A stretch of 48,736 nucleotides of DNA from Chlamydiae bacterium SM23_39 (GCA_001303765.1 LJUH01000002.1:1-48736), one strand, 5' to 3'. Numbered from the stretch's first letter, positions 23,939-33,850 are shown. The notes: generated by a model not told the origin, from the letters alone. Numbers and translations are program-made.

Positions 23939-26848
23939 ATGGCAATTGATGAGATACAAAAGAGTTCAGAAAATTTTTGTGTAGATAATTACAGTGAAAG
24001 TATTATTAGAAAAAGAGGAGAGGAGTTACAGTTTATAATCGTTCCTTCTGGAAAGGAAATTCCTCTTTTAACAAAAAATATTAGTAGATGCTCTTTGGAA
24101 GAAAAAATTATTGCAGAAAAATCATTTGTTCAGACTTGTGTTGATTATGTTATAAAAAATAAAAATTATGAGATTTTTGTTAAAACTTCACCAATAAATA
24201 CGATTCCAACTACAAAATTAAGTGAATTAAGTAAAGATAATTTTTTTGATGTGGTGGAATTTTTAGCTCCAGCAGATATTTGTTCATTAGTTAGTGTGCA
24301 TCGGTGCTTTGATAAGTTAATGGAGTCGAAAGAAAGATATAAGGTTAAATATGAAAAATTATGGGATCAAATAGGAGAAAGTTTTGATGATGAAAATAAA
24401 GAAATTATTAACAATATTCTTAGGATTTTTTCTTTAAAGAGTGCTTCGAGAAATGAAATTACTGAGGACGATTTTTTGAGAATAAAATATTTTTTCTTTG
24501 AGAAAATGAGAGATACTAAGAATATTTTAGATGGCGTTGAACATTTTTTTTTTAAAACATATGAATTAAAAAGCTTATCCGAAAAAATTTTAAGAAAAAT
24601 TAAAAATCATTTTAAAGAAGAGGAATTTGCTAAAGAATTTATTCTTCAAATATATAAGAGAATCATTCAAGTTTGTATCAATAAGAAGGATTATAAAAGA
24701 GCTGAAAAGATAATTTTTGAATATTGTATACAAGATAATTATTATAGACAGCCATTAATTTTCAAAGTTGTTAAAGCATATTTATCTAAGGGAAAAAAAG
24801 AAGAATGCCGAAAATTAATGCGTACCTTTATTGATGAAGAACTTTTGTCTAGTTTATTACGTAAAATGGGAGAACAATATGATGATGAGACAATATCATA
24901 TATAGTTCAAGGTATAAATAAAAATATTTTAGATAGTTATTTGCTATCTAAAACAAAAAAAAAGGAGAAATTTATGTCAAGTATATCAAACTCTGTATCA
25001 GGGAAAAGTTGTCAATATTTTTGCTGCGAAAAAACAATTGATGATAACAGTAAAATTATTATTACAAAAAATAAAGATGGAATCCAATTTGAAATACAAG
25101 AAGTTAATTCTGGAAAAATGATTCAAGTTTCACGTGACGACATTGGGTTAGGAAGCATTCGGGATGAGAATATTACACAAAATTTTGTTAGAGCTTGCAC
25201 TGTTTCTGTTAAGAGAAATGGATGTATTCATTTTGAGGTTCCTTCAGAAAGAAATGAGTTTTTTGAGCCTTCAACAAGTAATACTGAGAGAAATAGAGAG
25301 TTATCTCAAAGAGTTTCAATATCTAATGAGAATGGATCTCAGGAAACTTTGCAGAGACCATTTCAGATCACGGAAGAAGAAAAAGAAAAAATGATTACAC
25401 TTTGGAAGGAACGGTCAAAGGCACAGGAAATGTTAAACCAATTTTATAAATCTTCTAAAAATAAATCTTTTACAGAGCTAGATTTATCTAATACAGAGAC
25501 AGTACAGCGAGCTTTTAATTTGCCTCAAGGGTTCTTAGAAAAGTTAAAATTTAAGAGCCACATTGCAGACCCAATATTAAAGGTTAGAAAAATTTTTATA
25601 AAATGGCGCAAATATATTAGAAGTGATTTCCTAGAAAACTTGAAAAGTGCGAAAGATAGTTATGAAAATGTTAAATCTTCACTATTTTCCATAAAGAAGG
25701 AATTCCCGACTTGTGATTTGAATAAAATTAAAGACGATTTAAATAAAGTAGATACAGATATTTCAAAAGTATATGAAGATTGTTTTTCAAAAATGTATAA
25801 AGATTTTCAAGAAGATGTAAACCTTATTAGTAAGGAAGGACGAGTTGAAATAGGTCTAAAATCTTTTGAATTGTGTATAAGTAGTAAATTTGAAGAAAAT
25901 TCTAAGATTATTAAATCATTTATAAAACTTGAACAAGAAAAAGGAAAATTGAAAGAAAAGTTAGAGGATACATACAAAGAGCGAGAAGGAGAATTAGCAT
26001 TAATTAAAGAGCAATTGAGACAAATAGACGAGGAAATATCTTCTTCAAAGGGAACATTGATGGTTCAGGAAATAGGATTGAATAGTGGAGAGCTTAAGGA
26101 TTATAAAGATAAACGATTAGAAATAGATAAGGAACGAGGAGAGATAAAAAAAATCATTAAAAGACTTCAAAAATCGGAATCGGAATCTAATCGTAGAATT
26201 GAGGATAAGCAAAAGGAAGGATGGTTTTCTCGGATGGTTGGTAAAATAGGTGTGAATGAGGATGCAGAAGAATTGAGGAAGAGAGAAGAAGGCTTTAAAG
26301 AACAATTAGATAAAAGCAGGGAAAATCTAGAAAAGAAAAATAAGACATTAATTAAGGAAAAAGAAAACGGGAAAAAACCTGAACTTGATAAACAAATATT
26401 AGAGTATCGGAAAAAGATAGAATACTTCAAGCAAGAGATAGAAGAAAAAGAAAAGGAGAAAGTAAAAAGAAAGGTATTTTTGGAAAACAAAAAAAAAGAG
26501 TTTGAAGAGAAGATAGAAAAAATAAAAGAAGAAATTAAAGAAAAAGAAGAAGCAATAAAGGATCCAGAATTTCAAAAGGCAAAAGAGATCAAAGAAGGAT
26601 GTAAAATGATACTTGAAAACTATACTAAAGTATGGAAAGATATGGAGAATTTACAGGGTTTGTGTTACTTTTTGCAAGATAAATTGGTAGATATTAAGGT
26701 GAGAACCAAAGCAAAAGCAAAAGTTGGAACTATAGATTTGAAAGAAACTCTAGGAAACAGGATGGAAAAAGGCATAAAAAGGGTACCAAAAATGTTGACT
26801 ATTGTTAAGAATCTAAAAAAAGATATTAAGAGTATTAGGTATCGATGA
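23939..26848 (+). CDS. Large eukaryote-like protein: F-box-like segment, TPR-like helical region, long K/E-rich coiled coil
   Basis: 969 aa. LSKDNFFDVVEFLAPADICSLVSVHRCFDKLM (aa ~97-130) is F-box-like. KDYKRAEKIIFEY / KAYLSKGKKEECRKLM resemble the repeat motif of the other family members. The C-terminal approx 400 aa are heptad-rich. Confidence 0.7.
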   Translation: MAIDEIQKSSENFCVDNYSESIIRKRGEELQFIIVPSGKEIPLLTKNISRCSLEEKIIAEKSFVQTCVDYVIKNKNYEIFVKTSPINTIPTTKLSELSKDNFFDVVEFLAPADICSLVSVHRCFDKLMESKERYKVKYEKLWDQIGESFDDENKEIINNILRIFSLKSASRNEITEDDFLRIKYFFFEKMRDTKNILDGVEHFFFKTYELKSLSEKILRKIKNHFKEEEFAKEFILQIYKRIIQVCINKKDYKRAEKIIFEYCIQDNYYRQPLIFKVVKAYLSKGKKEECRKLMRTFIDEELLSSLLRKMGEQYDDETISYIVQGINKNILDSYLLSKTKKKEKFMSSISNSVSGKSCQYFCCEKTIDDNSKIIITKNKDGIQFEIQEVNSGKMIQVSRDDIGLGSIRDENITQNFVRACTVSVKRNGCIHFEVPSERNEFFEPSTSNTERNRELSQRVSISNENGSQETLQRPFQITEEEKEKMITLWKERSKAQEMLNQFYKSSKNKSFTELDLSNTETVQRAFNLPQGFLEKLKFKSHIADPILKVRKIFIKWRKYIRSDFLENLKSAKDSYENVKSSLFSIKKEFPTCDLNKIKDDLNKVDTDISKVYEDCFSKMYKDFQEDVNLISKEGRVEIGLKSFELCISSKFEENSKIIKSFIKLEQEKGKLKEKLEDTYKEREGELALIKEQLRQIDEEISSSKGTLMVQEIGLNSGELKDYKDKRLEIDKERGEIKKIIKRLQKSESESNRRIEDKQKEGWFSRMVGKIGVNEDAEELRKREEGFKEQLDKSRENLEKKNKTLIKEKENGKKPELDKQILEYRKKIEYFKQEIEEKEKEKVKRKVFLENKKKEFEEKIEKIKEEIKEKEEAIKDPEFQKAKEIKEGCKMILENYTKVWKDMENLQGLCYFLQDKLVDIKVRTKAKAKVGTIDLKETLGNRMEKGIKRVPKMLTIVKNLKKDIKSIRYR

Positions 26849-26905
26849 ATGAGGTATATAAGCTAACTTAACCTTGATGTAAATTATTTAAAAAATGAGG
26901 AAATT

Positions 26906-28531
26906 ATGTCTATTAATAGAATGCAAGATGGAAAGAGAGGGAATTTTTGCGTAAAAATTTCTGAGGAAAAAGAGAGTACAGTTTCAAAAGAAAAAATTTG
27001 TAAATTAAATGTTTCAGAAAAGATTTCACAAAAAGATATCACAGATTGTACTGCTTTTGTTAAAAAAAATTTAGATTCATTGCAACAAAAACAACCAGAG
27101 GAAAATTTTTCTAGGTTAGATAAGATACGCTCATATAGTTTATATGCTATAGATTTATCTTGTATAAAGACACTCTGTTGTTATTTTAATGTGGATGAGT
27201 TAACATTAATAGTTTGTAAAGTTAATGAATATATTGTAGAACCGGGAGAAAAGTTTCGAAAAATTTATAAAAAATATATTAATAGGATTTATTTTACATC
27301 ATTCTCAATGAAAGAAAATATTAAATTTCCTTTAACTCTAGAGAATTTAAAACAAATTGATGAGGAGTTTAATAAAGAACATCAAAATTTTTTAAATATA
27401 AAGAAAGCAGAAGATAAGAAAATTATTGAAGATTGTCTTCAGAAAATAAGTCTTTTTTGGAAAAAGATAGAGAAATATTTAGATATAGATAAGATAAAAA
27501 AAGAAGCAGAAACATTAACTAAAGAGATTGAGAAAGATGAAAAAAACTTAGAAATTGAACAAAAAAGAATAGAAGAGGAACTAGAACAATGTAAAAAAGA
27601 AAAAGAAAAAAGAAGAAATAAAATATGTAAAGTAGAATGTGAACAGAAGACATTAGAATTAACATTACAAGAAGTAAATAAGCAAATTAAGGACGAAGAA
27701 GAATTTATAGATGCAATGATTGGACCTTTGAATAGAAAAATATCAAAAATAATAGAAAATATGAAAAACATTGATGAAGAGATTGAGCAATATGAAAAAC
27801 TATTATCTCAAAAAAAGATAAAAAAAAATACTATAAAGCAACTAGAAGAAAAAGGGTTTGTTGAAGAAAAATTTATCGAAGAACCAAGAAGTAAAGAGTC
27901 ATTAATAAATCGAGCAAAAATATGGTGGAAATCGCAAAGAATATGGTGGGAATCGCAAAGAAAAGGAGCAAAAGATTATGTAAAGAAAATTAATGCTCTT
28001 CATGAAAAGTGTAGTAAATTGCAGAGAGACAAAGAATTCGAAGAGAAGAAGAAAGAGTTAGAAGAGAAAGATCCATCAATTATTAAAAAAAGAAAAGAAT
28101 TAGAGTTAAAGACTAAGGAAAAAAAATCAAAAGAAGAAGAATTAAAGAAAATTATTCAAAAAAAGAATCATTTAGAACAATCATTGACAAAAGTCAAAGA
28201 AAAAATGAACATTTATAAAAAGGAAAAAGAAAATTTTATTATAAAACAAGAAGAATTAAAGGAAAAGAAAAAAGAGTGGCAAAATAAAGATGATAAAATA
28301 AAAAAAACTCCTTTGTCCTGGGTAAAAAAAAGATTAGAAAAATCACAAAATATCCTAAAAGAATTTCAAATTTTTCCAGAAAATCTTGAAAAATTATTTT
28401 CTAACATTAAAAAACAGTGCGATAAACTTAAAAATCTTACAGAAAAAGATCAAATAAAAAATGAATTTTTATTATTAGAAAAATATGTATTGGAATTTCA
28501 AAATATGATGCAACATTTGATAGGTATTTAG
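26906..28531 (+). CDS. K/E-rich coiled-coil protein with a weak F-box-like N-terminal segment
   Basis: 541 aa. IKTLCCYFNVDELTLIVCKVNEYIV is weakly F-box-like. The remainder is predicted coiled coil. RBS GAGGAAATTATG. Confidence 0.65.
   Translation: MSINRMQDGKRGNFCVKISEEKESTVSKEKICKLNVSEKISQKDITDCTAFVKKNLDSLQQKQPEENFSRLDKIRSYSLYAIDLSCIKTLCCYFNVDELTLIVCKVNEYIVEPGEKFRKIYKKYINRIYFTSFSMKENIKFPLTLENLKQIDEEFNKEHQNFLNIKKAEDKKIIEDCLQKISLFWKKIEKYLDIDKIKKEAETLTKEIEKDEKNLEIEQKRIEEELEQCKKEKEKRRNKICKVECEQKTLELTLQEVNKQIKDEEEFIDAMIGPLNRKISKIIENMKNIDEEIEQYEKLLSQKKIKKNTIKQLEEKGFVEEKFIEEPRSKESLINRAKIWWKSQRIWWESQRKGAKDYVKKINALHEKCSKLQRDKEFEEKKKELEEKDPSIIKKRKELELKTKEKKSKEEELKKIIQKKNHLEQSLTKVKEKMNIYKKEKENFIIKQEELKEKKKEWQNKDDKIKKTPLSWVKKRLEKSQNILKEFQIFPENLEKLFSNIKKQCDKLKNLTEKDQIKNEFLLLEKYVLEFQNMMQHLIGI
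27920..27961 (+). repeat. 21-bp in-frame tandem duplication (IWWKSQR / IWWESQR)
   Basis: atatggtggaaatcgcaaaga is followed by atatggtgggaatcgcaaaga, with one mismatch. Confidence 0.85.
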
Positions 28532-28729
28532 AATAAAAAGTTTTTTCTAAATAATATCTAAAGATTGGATAGATCTTTTGATGAATAAATTTTTTGTTGC
28601 ATTTTTTATTTCTTTAAATATTTATTTTTCAAATTATTATAAAAATTTTTTTATATAAAAAAATTTTTTTATTGCGGAAGATAAAAAAAAAATGTAAAAA
28701 AAATACTTACAGGCTATGGGAATCAAGAG

Positions 28730-31700
28730 ATGTTAAACTTTAGAAAATTGAAACAAGATTTTTCTTCTTCTATTTTAAAAGAGGGGAAAGATATACATGA
28801 TTTGAAAAAAATAATATCAGCTAAAATTTTAAAATTTGATTCAGATATTATTAGAGTAGGAGCTAAGATTTTAGGAAATTTTGAAAATACTTATGAGAGT
28901 GAAATAGAGATAGATCGTTTTGAATCTCAAACAGTACATTCGAATTGTGATTGTGCTTATAGGTATGATTGTAAACATATTGCTGCATTAGTTTTTTATT
29001 TAGAAGAACATTTAGATTCTCTTATTGTTGATTTTTCTGAAAGAGGAAGAATAGAAGATAATGAAGATCTTTTAAAAGAGATCGATGCAGTTTTAGAAAA
29101 AGAAAAAATAAAGAAAGATGTTAACTATCAAAAAGAGGTTATAGATGAATATTTAAATGCTTCTTACCTTCTTTCTTGTTCTTCTTTTTTTATTCATGAT
29201 AAAAAAAATATTATCACAAAAGCAGAACCTGCTATTATAATAAACCCTAAATCTATTAATCAAAAAGTTATAGAATTTCAGTTAGCACTTAGAGTGCCTA
29301 TGCGTTCTAAACCTATTCAAATACCTTTTATAAGAATGTTTTTAGATAAGTTGAAATATGAAGAAGGTATTATTTTTGGAGGAAGAAACTATTTTTTTAG
29401 TTTAAATTCTTTTGAAGGGTGTGGGAAAAAAATTATGAAAGAGATGATTAATAAGGTTAGGGATAATGAAGAAAAAAATGATAAAAATAAAAAAATAGGT
29501 TTTATAGATAATGAGAGCTTTGGAGATATTTTATCTCAAATATTTGAAAGTATTTCTGGAAGTAGAGGATTTGTTAGTGATAAAGAGGATCTTCCTATTA
29601 TGCCATATATTTTTATGGGAAATTTAGAAACTCCTCTGCAATGCTCTTTTTCCTATCTACATTTTAATTTTATTTTAGAATATATTGAACCCCCTGCTTC
29701 TAAAATTTTAATAAATCCAACAATAGTAATAGATCAGTCTTCGGTATCAATGGAGGAAGCTATTATTTTGGAATCTAATATTCCTGGGGTTATTTATCAA
29801 GATGTATACTATAGATTTTTAGATTATATTAAAAGAGTTCATATCAAATCTTTAGATAAACTTAGAGAGTTAACTATCCCTGAACCTTTATTTGGTAGTT
29901 TTGTAGAGAACTCTATTCCTGAACTTAGAAGATATGGAGAGATCACTAATGAAAAGATTTTAGATAGATTTGTGACTATTCCTTATCCTGAAAATGTTAA
30001 AGGTAGATGTAAGTTGTCATATGTAGATGGTGAATTAGAGGGATCTTTATATTTTAAATATGAGGAGATTGAGGTTAAAAGTATATCTAATAATTTGTCT
30101 TTTGAGGAGATACATAAATTTATTGGTAAAGAAGGGATCTTAGCGAGGAATCTGGAAGGAGAGAGAGATATAGTTGAAAGGTTATTTCAAGATTTTGTTT
30201 TTAATGAAGAGAATGGTTTTTACATAACAAAAAGCGAAAGAAAAATTGTTGAATTTATGACAGAAATAGTTCCTAAATATCAAGATATTATCACTTTTGA
30301 ATATCCACAGAATCTTTTAGATAAATTTGTTTATGATAATACAAAATTTCAATTGTCCTTGGATTATAAAAATAGAGTTGGATATTATCAAGTTTTACTG
30401 GGTGTTCAAGGAGATTTAAAAGGGGTTTCATTAGATAGATTATGGGAATGCGTGATCTCTAATCGTTGTTATATTGAATTAAAAAAGGATAAGACTACTA
30501 AATTTTCTAAAATTCTTGTTTTAGATTTAACTAGATTGAAAAAGATAATGCAAATATTTGATGAGATAGGAATAAAAAAATTAGAAAATGGTAGTTTTGA
30601 TAGACCTCTTTGGAGTTTAGTCAATATAGATGAATCTTTATTTAAAAATTTGGATATAAAATTTTCTATTAGTAAATCTTTAAAAGAGATACAGAAGGAG
30701 ATATTAGGAGAAAAAGATTTTACTCCTTCTTTAATCCCTCCATTTATAGATAGAGAACTTAGACTTTATCAGAAGGAGGGAGTCTATTGGTTGGAGAGAC
30801 TTAGAACGATGTATCTAAATGGAATATTAGCTGATGATATGGGGTTAGGGAAAACAGTGCAAGCTATTGCAGCTATTACTCAAATCAAAAATAAAAAGAA
30901 TAACTCTCATTTTCTTGTTATATGTCCTACCTCATTATTACATAATTGGAAAGAGGAGTTTAATAAATTTAACTCTTTTTTAAATGTAAAAATTGTTGAA
31001 GGTACACCTGCTCAAAGAAAAAAGATCATAGATAATTTTAAAGATTTTGATGTTTTTATAACCTCTTATACTTTAATGCAAAAAGATGTGGAATATTATA
31101 AAAAGATTAATTTTGAATATGCTATTTTAGATGAAGCTCAACATATAAAAAATAGAAGCACAAGAAATGCTAGGTCTGTTAAACTAGTTCAGTCTACTTA
31201 TAAGATGATTTTAACAGGTACTCCTATAGAAAATTCTTTGGAAGAGTTATGGAGTCTCTTTGATTTTTTAATGCCGGGATTTTTAAGTTCTTTTGATAGA
31301 TTTATAGAAAAATATGTTAGGACAGTTGGTGATAATCATAAAAAGAATATGGAATATTTAAAAAAGAGAGTATCTCCTTTTATTTTGAGAAGAATGAAAG
31401 ATGATGTTTTAAAAGAGTTACCTAAGATTTCAGAGATTACTTACCATTGTAAATTATCAGATAAGCAACAAACATTTTATAGATCATATGCTGAAGCAGC
31501 AAAACAAAAGCTTTCCAAGCTTGTAGAGAAAGAGGGCTTTGATAAAGTGCAAATCCATGTTTTAGCAACTCTTACTAGATTAAAACAGATATGTTGTCAT
31601 CCAGCAATCTTTGTTAAAGAAAAAGCTGAATTAGGAGATTCAGCAAAATATGAGATGTTACTTGAGCTTTTACAAACTTTAGTTGAAGGAGATCATAAGA

Positions 31701-32149
31701 TAGTTATTTTTAGTCAATATACTCAGATGTTACATATAATGAAAGAGGATTTTGAGAATAGAGGTATTAAATTATGTTATTTAGATGGGACTACAAAAAA
31801 TAGATTAGAAATAGTTAAAAAGTTTAATATGGATAAAGATATTTCAGTATTTTTAGTTTCTTTAAAAGCTGGAGGGGTTGGATTAAATATTACTGGAGCT
31901 GATACTGTTATACATTATGATTTATGGTGGAATCCTGCTGTTGAGAATCAAGCAACGGATAGAGTTCATAGAATTGGACAAAAAAAAGCTGTTTTATGTT
32001 ATAAATTAGTTACATTAAATTCTATAGAAGAAAAAATAATAGAATTACAAAAAAGAAAAAAAGGATTGGTAAAAAAAGTTGTAAGTTGTGATGATGAGGT
32101 TATAACAAAATTAACTTGGGAAGATGTTTTAAAACTTCTTGAGACATAA
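28730..32149 (+). CDS. SWIM zinc-finger / SNF2-family helicase (CT708-like)
   Basis: 1139 aa. SWIM motif CDCAYRYDCKHIAALVFYL near the N-terminus. SNF2 motifs DDMGLGKT, DEAQHIKN and QATDRVHRIGQ in the C-terminal half. Immediately upstream of mreB. Confidence 0.9.
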   Translation: MLNFRKLKQDFSSSILKEGKDIHDLKKIISAKILKFDSDIIRVGAKILGNFENTYESEIEIDRFESQTVHSNCDCAYRYDCKHIAALVFYLEEHLDSLIVDFSERGRIEDNEDLLKEIDAVLEKEKIKKDVNYQKEVIDEYLNASYLLSCSSFFIHDKKNIITKAEPAIIINPKSINQKVIEFQLALRVPMRSKPIQIPFIRMFLDKLKYEEGIIFGGRNYFFSLNSFEGCGKKIMKEMINKVRDNEEKNDKNKKIGFIDNESFGDILSQIFESISGSRGFVSDKEDLPIMPYIFMGNLETPLQCSFSYLHFNFILEYIEPPASKILINPTIVIDQSSVSMEEAIILESNIPGVIYQDVYYRFLDYIKRVHIKSLDKLRELTIPEPLFGSFVENSIPELRRYGEITNEKILDRFVTIPYPENVKGRCKLSYVDGELEGSLYFKYEEIEVKSISNNLSFEEIHKFIGKEGILARNLEGERDIVERLFQDFVFNEENGFYITKSERKIVEFMTEIVPKYQDIITFEYPQNLLDKFVYDNTKFQLSLDYKNRVGYYQVLLGVQGDLKGVSLDRLWECVISNRCYIELKKDKTTKFSKILVLDLTRLKKIMQIFDEIGIKKLENGSFDRPLWSLVNIDESLFKNLDIKFSISKSLKEIQKEILGEKDFTPSLIPPFIDRELRLYQKEGVYWLERLRTMYLNGILADDMGLGKTVQAIAAITQIKNKKNNSHFLVICPTSLLHNWKEEFNKFNSFLNVKIVEGTPAQRKKIIDNFKDFDVFITSYTLMQKDVEYYKKINFEYAILDEAQHIKNRSTRNARSVKLVQSTYKMILTGTPIENSLEELWSLFDFLMPGFLSSFDRFIEKYVRTVGDNHKKNMEYLKKRVSPFILRRMKDDVLKELPKISEITYHCKLSDKQQTFYRSYAEAAKQKLSKLVEKEGFDKVQIHVLATLTRLKQICCHPAIFVKEKAELGDSAKYEMLLELLQTLVEGDHKIVIFSQYTQMLHIMKEDFENRGIKLCYLDGTTKNRLEIVKKFNMDKDISVFLVSLKAGGVGLNITGADTVIHYDLWWNPAVENQATDRVHRIGQKKAVLCYKLVTLNSIEEKIIELQKRKKGLVKKVVSCDDEVITKLTWEDVLKLLET

Positions 32150-32158
32150 GGATGATAA

Positions 32159-33256
32159 ATGGTTACTTTAGAAAAAAAAACATTAGGATTAAGAGATTAT
32201 TTAGAAAAAGTGAAAAAACTTTTTTTTGAGAACTTTTCACAGGTTTCTCATATTTTTTCACATGATATAGGAATAGATTTAGGTACTGCTAATACTTTAG
32301 TTTATGTTAAAAATAAGGGTATTGTTTTAGCAGAACCATCTGTTGTTGCTGTAGATTCTTTGACAAATGAAGTGTTAGCAGTAGGACATAAAGCTAAAGA
32401 TATGTTAGGGAAGACACCAATAAGGATACATGCGGTAAGACCTATGAAAGATGGTGTTATAGCAGATTTTGAAATTGCTGAAGGTATGTTAAAAGAACTT
32501 ATAAGAAGAGTTACTCCATCAAGAAGTTTATTTAGACCAAAGATTTTGATAGCTGTTCCTTCAGGAATAACAGGGGTTGAAAAAAGAGCTGTAGAGGATT
32601 CAGCATTACATGCAGGAGCACAAGAGGTTGTATTGATAGAAGAACCTATGGCAGCTGCTATTGGAGTAGATCTTCCTGTTCATGAGCCTGCAGCTAATAT
32701 GATAATAGATGTAGGAGGAGGAACAACTGAAATAGCTATAATTTCTTTAGGAGGTATAGTTGAATCTCGTTCTTTAAGAATAGCAGGAGATGAATTTGAT
32801 GATGCTATTATGAATTATATGAGAAGAACATATAATTTAATGATTGGTCCAAGGACAGCTGAAAATATTAAGATTACAATAGGTAGTGCTTATCCTATGG
32901 GTAACAATGAATTAGAGATGGAGGTAAGAGGAAGAGATCAAGTTGCTGGATTACCTGTTACAAAAAGAATAAATTCTGTAGAGATAAGAGAGTGTTTAAA
33001 TGAACCTATTCAACAGATAATAGAAAATGTTAAATTAACTTTAGAAAAATGCCCTCCAGAATTATCAGCAGATTTAGTGGAAAGAGGAATGGTTCTAGCA
33101 GGGGGAGGAGCTTTAATAAAGGGATTAGATAAAGCTCTTATAAAAGAAACAGGGCTGCCTGTTTTTGTTGCTCCTAATCCTCTTTTAGCTGTTTGTATTG
33201 GAGCTGGTAAAGCATTGGAGTATTTAGAGAAGTTTAAAAATAAAAAAAGAAAATAG
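32159..33256 (+). CDS. mreB: Rod-shape / division protein MreB with an extended N-terminus
   Basis: 365 aa. Actin-fold motifs IGIDLGTANTLVY and DVGGGTTE. 36 residues precede IGIDLGTANT, versus about 13 in E. coli MreB, as described for chlamydial MreB. Confidence 0.95.
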   Translation: MVTLEKKTLGLRDYLEKVKKLFFENFSQVSHIFSHDIGIDLGTANTLVYVKNKGIVLAEPSVVAVDSLTNEVLAVGHKAKDMLGKTPIRIHAVRPMKDGVIADFEIAEGMLKELIRRVTPSRSLFRPKILIAVPSGITGVEKRAVEDSALHAGAQEVVLIEEPMAAAIGVDLPVHEPAANMIIDVGGGTTEIAIISLGGIVESRSLRIAGDEFDDAIMNYMRRTYNLMIGPRTAENIKITIGSAYPMGNNELEMEVRGRDQVAGLPVTKRINSVEIRECLNEPIQQIIENVKLTLEKCPPELSADLVERGMVLAGGGALIKGLDKALIKETGLPVFVAPNPLLAVCIGAGKALEYLEKFKNKKRK

Positions 33257-33411
33257 GTTATTTCATTTCAGCTTCTAAAATAGTCTAAGTTAAAATGTAC
33301 ATTATAATAAGAATTTGAATAAAAAATAAAATAAGCCACTAAGCTTAGCTAAGCTATGTTAAGTTTAACAATCACATAACGGTTTTTTTTCATAAAAAGT
33401 TAAATCTGTTT

Positions 33412-33702
33412 TTAGTTTTTGTAAGTCTGCTTCACCATATATTCTATAGCTTTTATGCATTTCCCTCTTGCTTTCTTAGAACTTGATCCAGTATTAGAAG
33501 TAACAAAACCATTCAATTTTTGCTGGGGAGATCCTACTACTGTTAATTGAATATTATGCCCAAAAGTATCAAGAGCAACTTCTCTGATTAACAGATCTAT
33601 TCCTTGAACTTTTACAACATTATCGTGAGGATGATGGCCAAGCCAATCTTTCACAGATGAAGTAATTAAATTTCCCCCTAAATCATATAAGGAATTCAAC
33701 AT
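33412..33702 (-). CDS. Hypothetical 96-aa protein
   Basis: The ATG at 33702 is preceded by AGGAGG with a 7-nt spacer. The longer ORF-track start at 33732 lacks an RBS. The N-terminus LYDLGGNLITSSVKDW resembles the C-terminal tail of the neighbouring NYN gene. Confidence 0.5.
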   Translation of the reverse strand: MLNSLYDLGGNLITSSVKDWLGHHPHDNVVKVQGIDLLIREVALDTFGHNIQLTVVGSPQQKLNGFVTSNTGSSSKKARGKCIKAIEYMVKQTYKN

Positions 33703-33768
33703 ATTAAACCTCCTAAAAATTAAAAAACACAAAAATAAAATATAATATAATAAAATTTGATGTCAAAT

Positions 33769-33850
33769 ATATTTTTAATGTTGGAGGAAATATTGTTACC
33801 ACTTGTCCTAAAGAATACATGCCACAAGAAATATCGTCATAATTATGTAT
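33769..33850 (+). repeat. 82-bp direct repeat, copy A (orphan copy of the NYN gene 3' end)
   Basis: Identical to 34778..34859 except for one position (A at 33778, G at 34787). Includes the last 21 codons and stop of the NYN ORF. Confidence 0.9.

Noticed and set aside
28600-28690. AT-only palindromic sequence (AAAAATTTTTTTATATAAAAAAATTTTTTTAT) upstream of the SNF2 helicase gene.
   Set aside because: Pure A/T palindromes of this kind are expected by chance at this base composition. No flanking conserved boxes or repeats give it a specific interpretation.
21322-28729. A classical tRNA-targeted integrative island.
   Set aside because: No integrase or recombinase ORF is present, and I could not find a duplicated tRNA 3' segment. 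The accessory DNA lies on the 5' side of the minus-strand tRNA. I therefore report it only as a synteny break.
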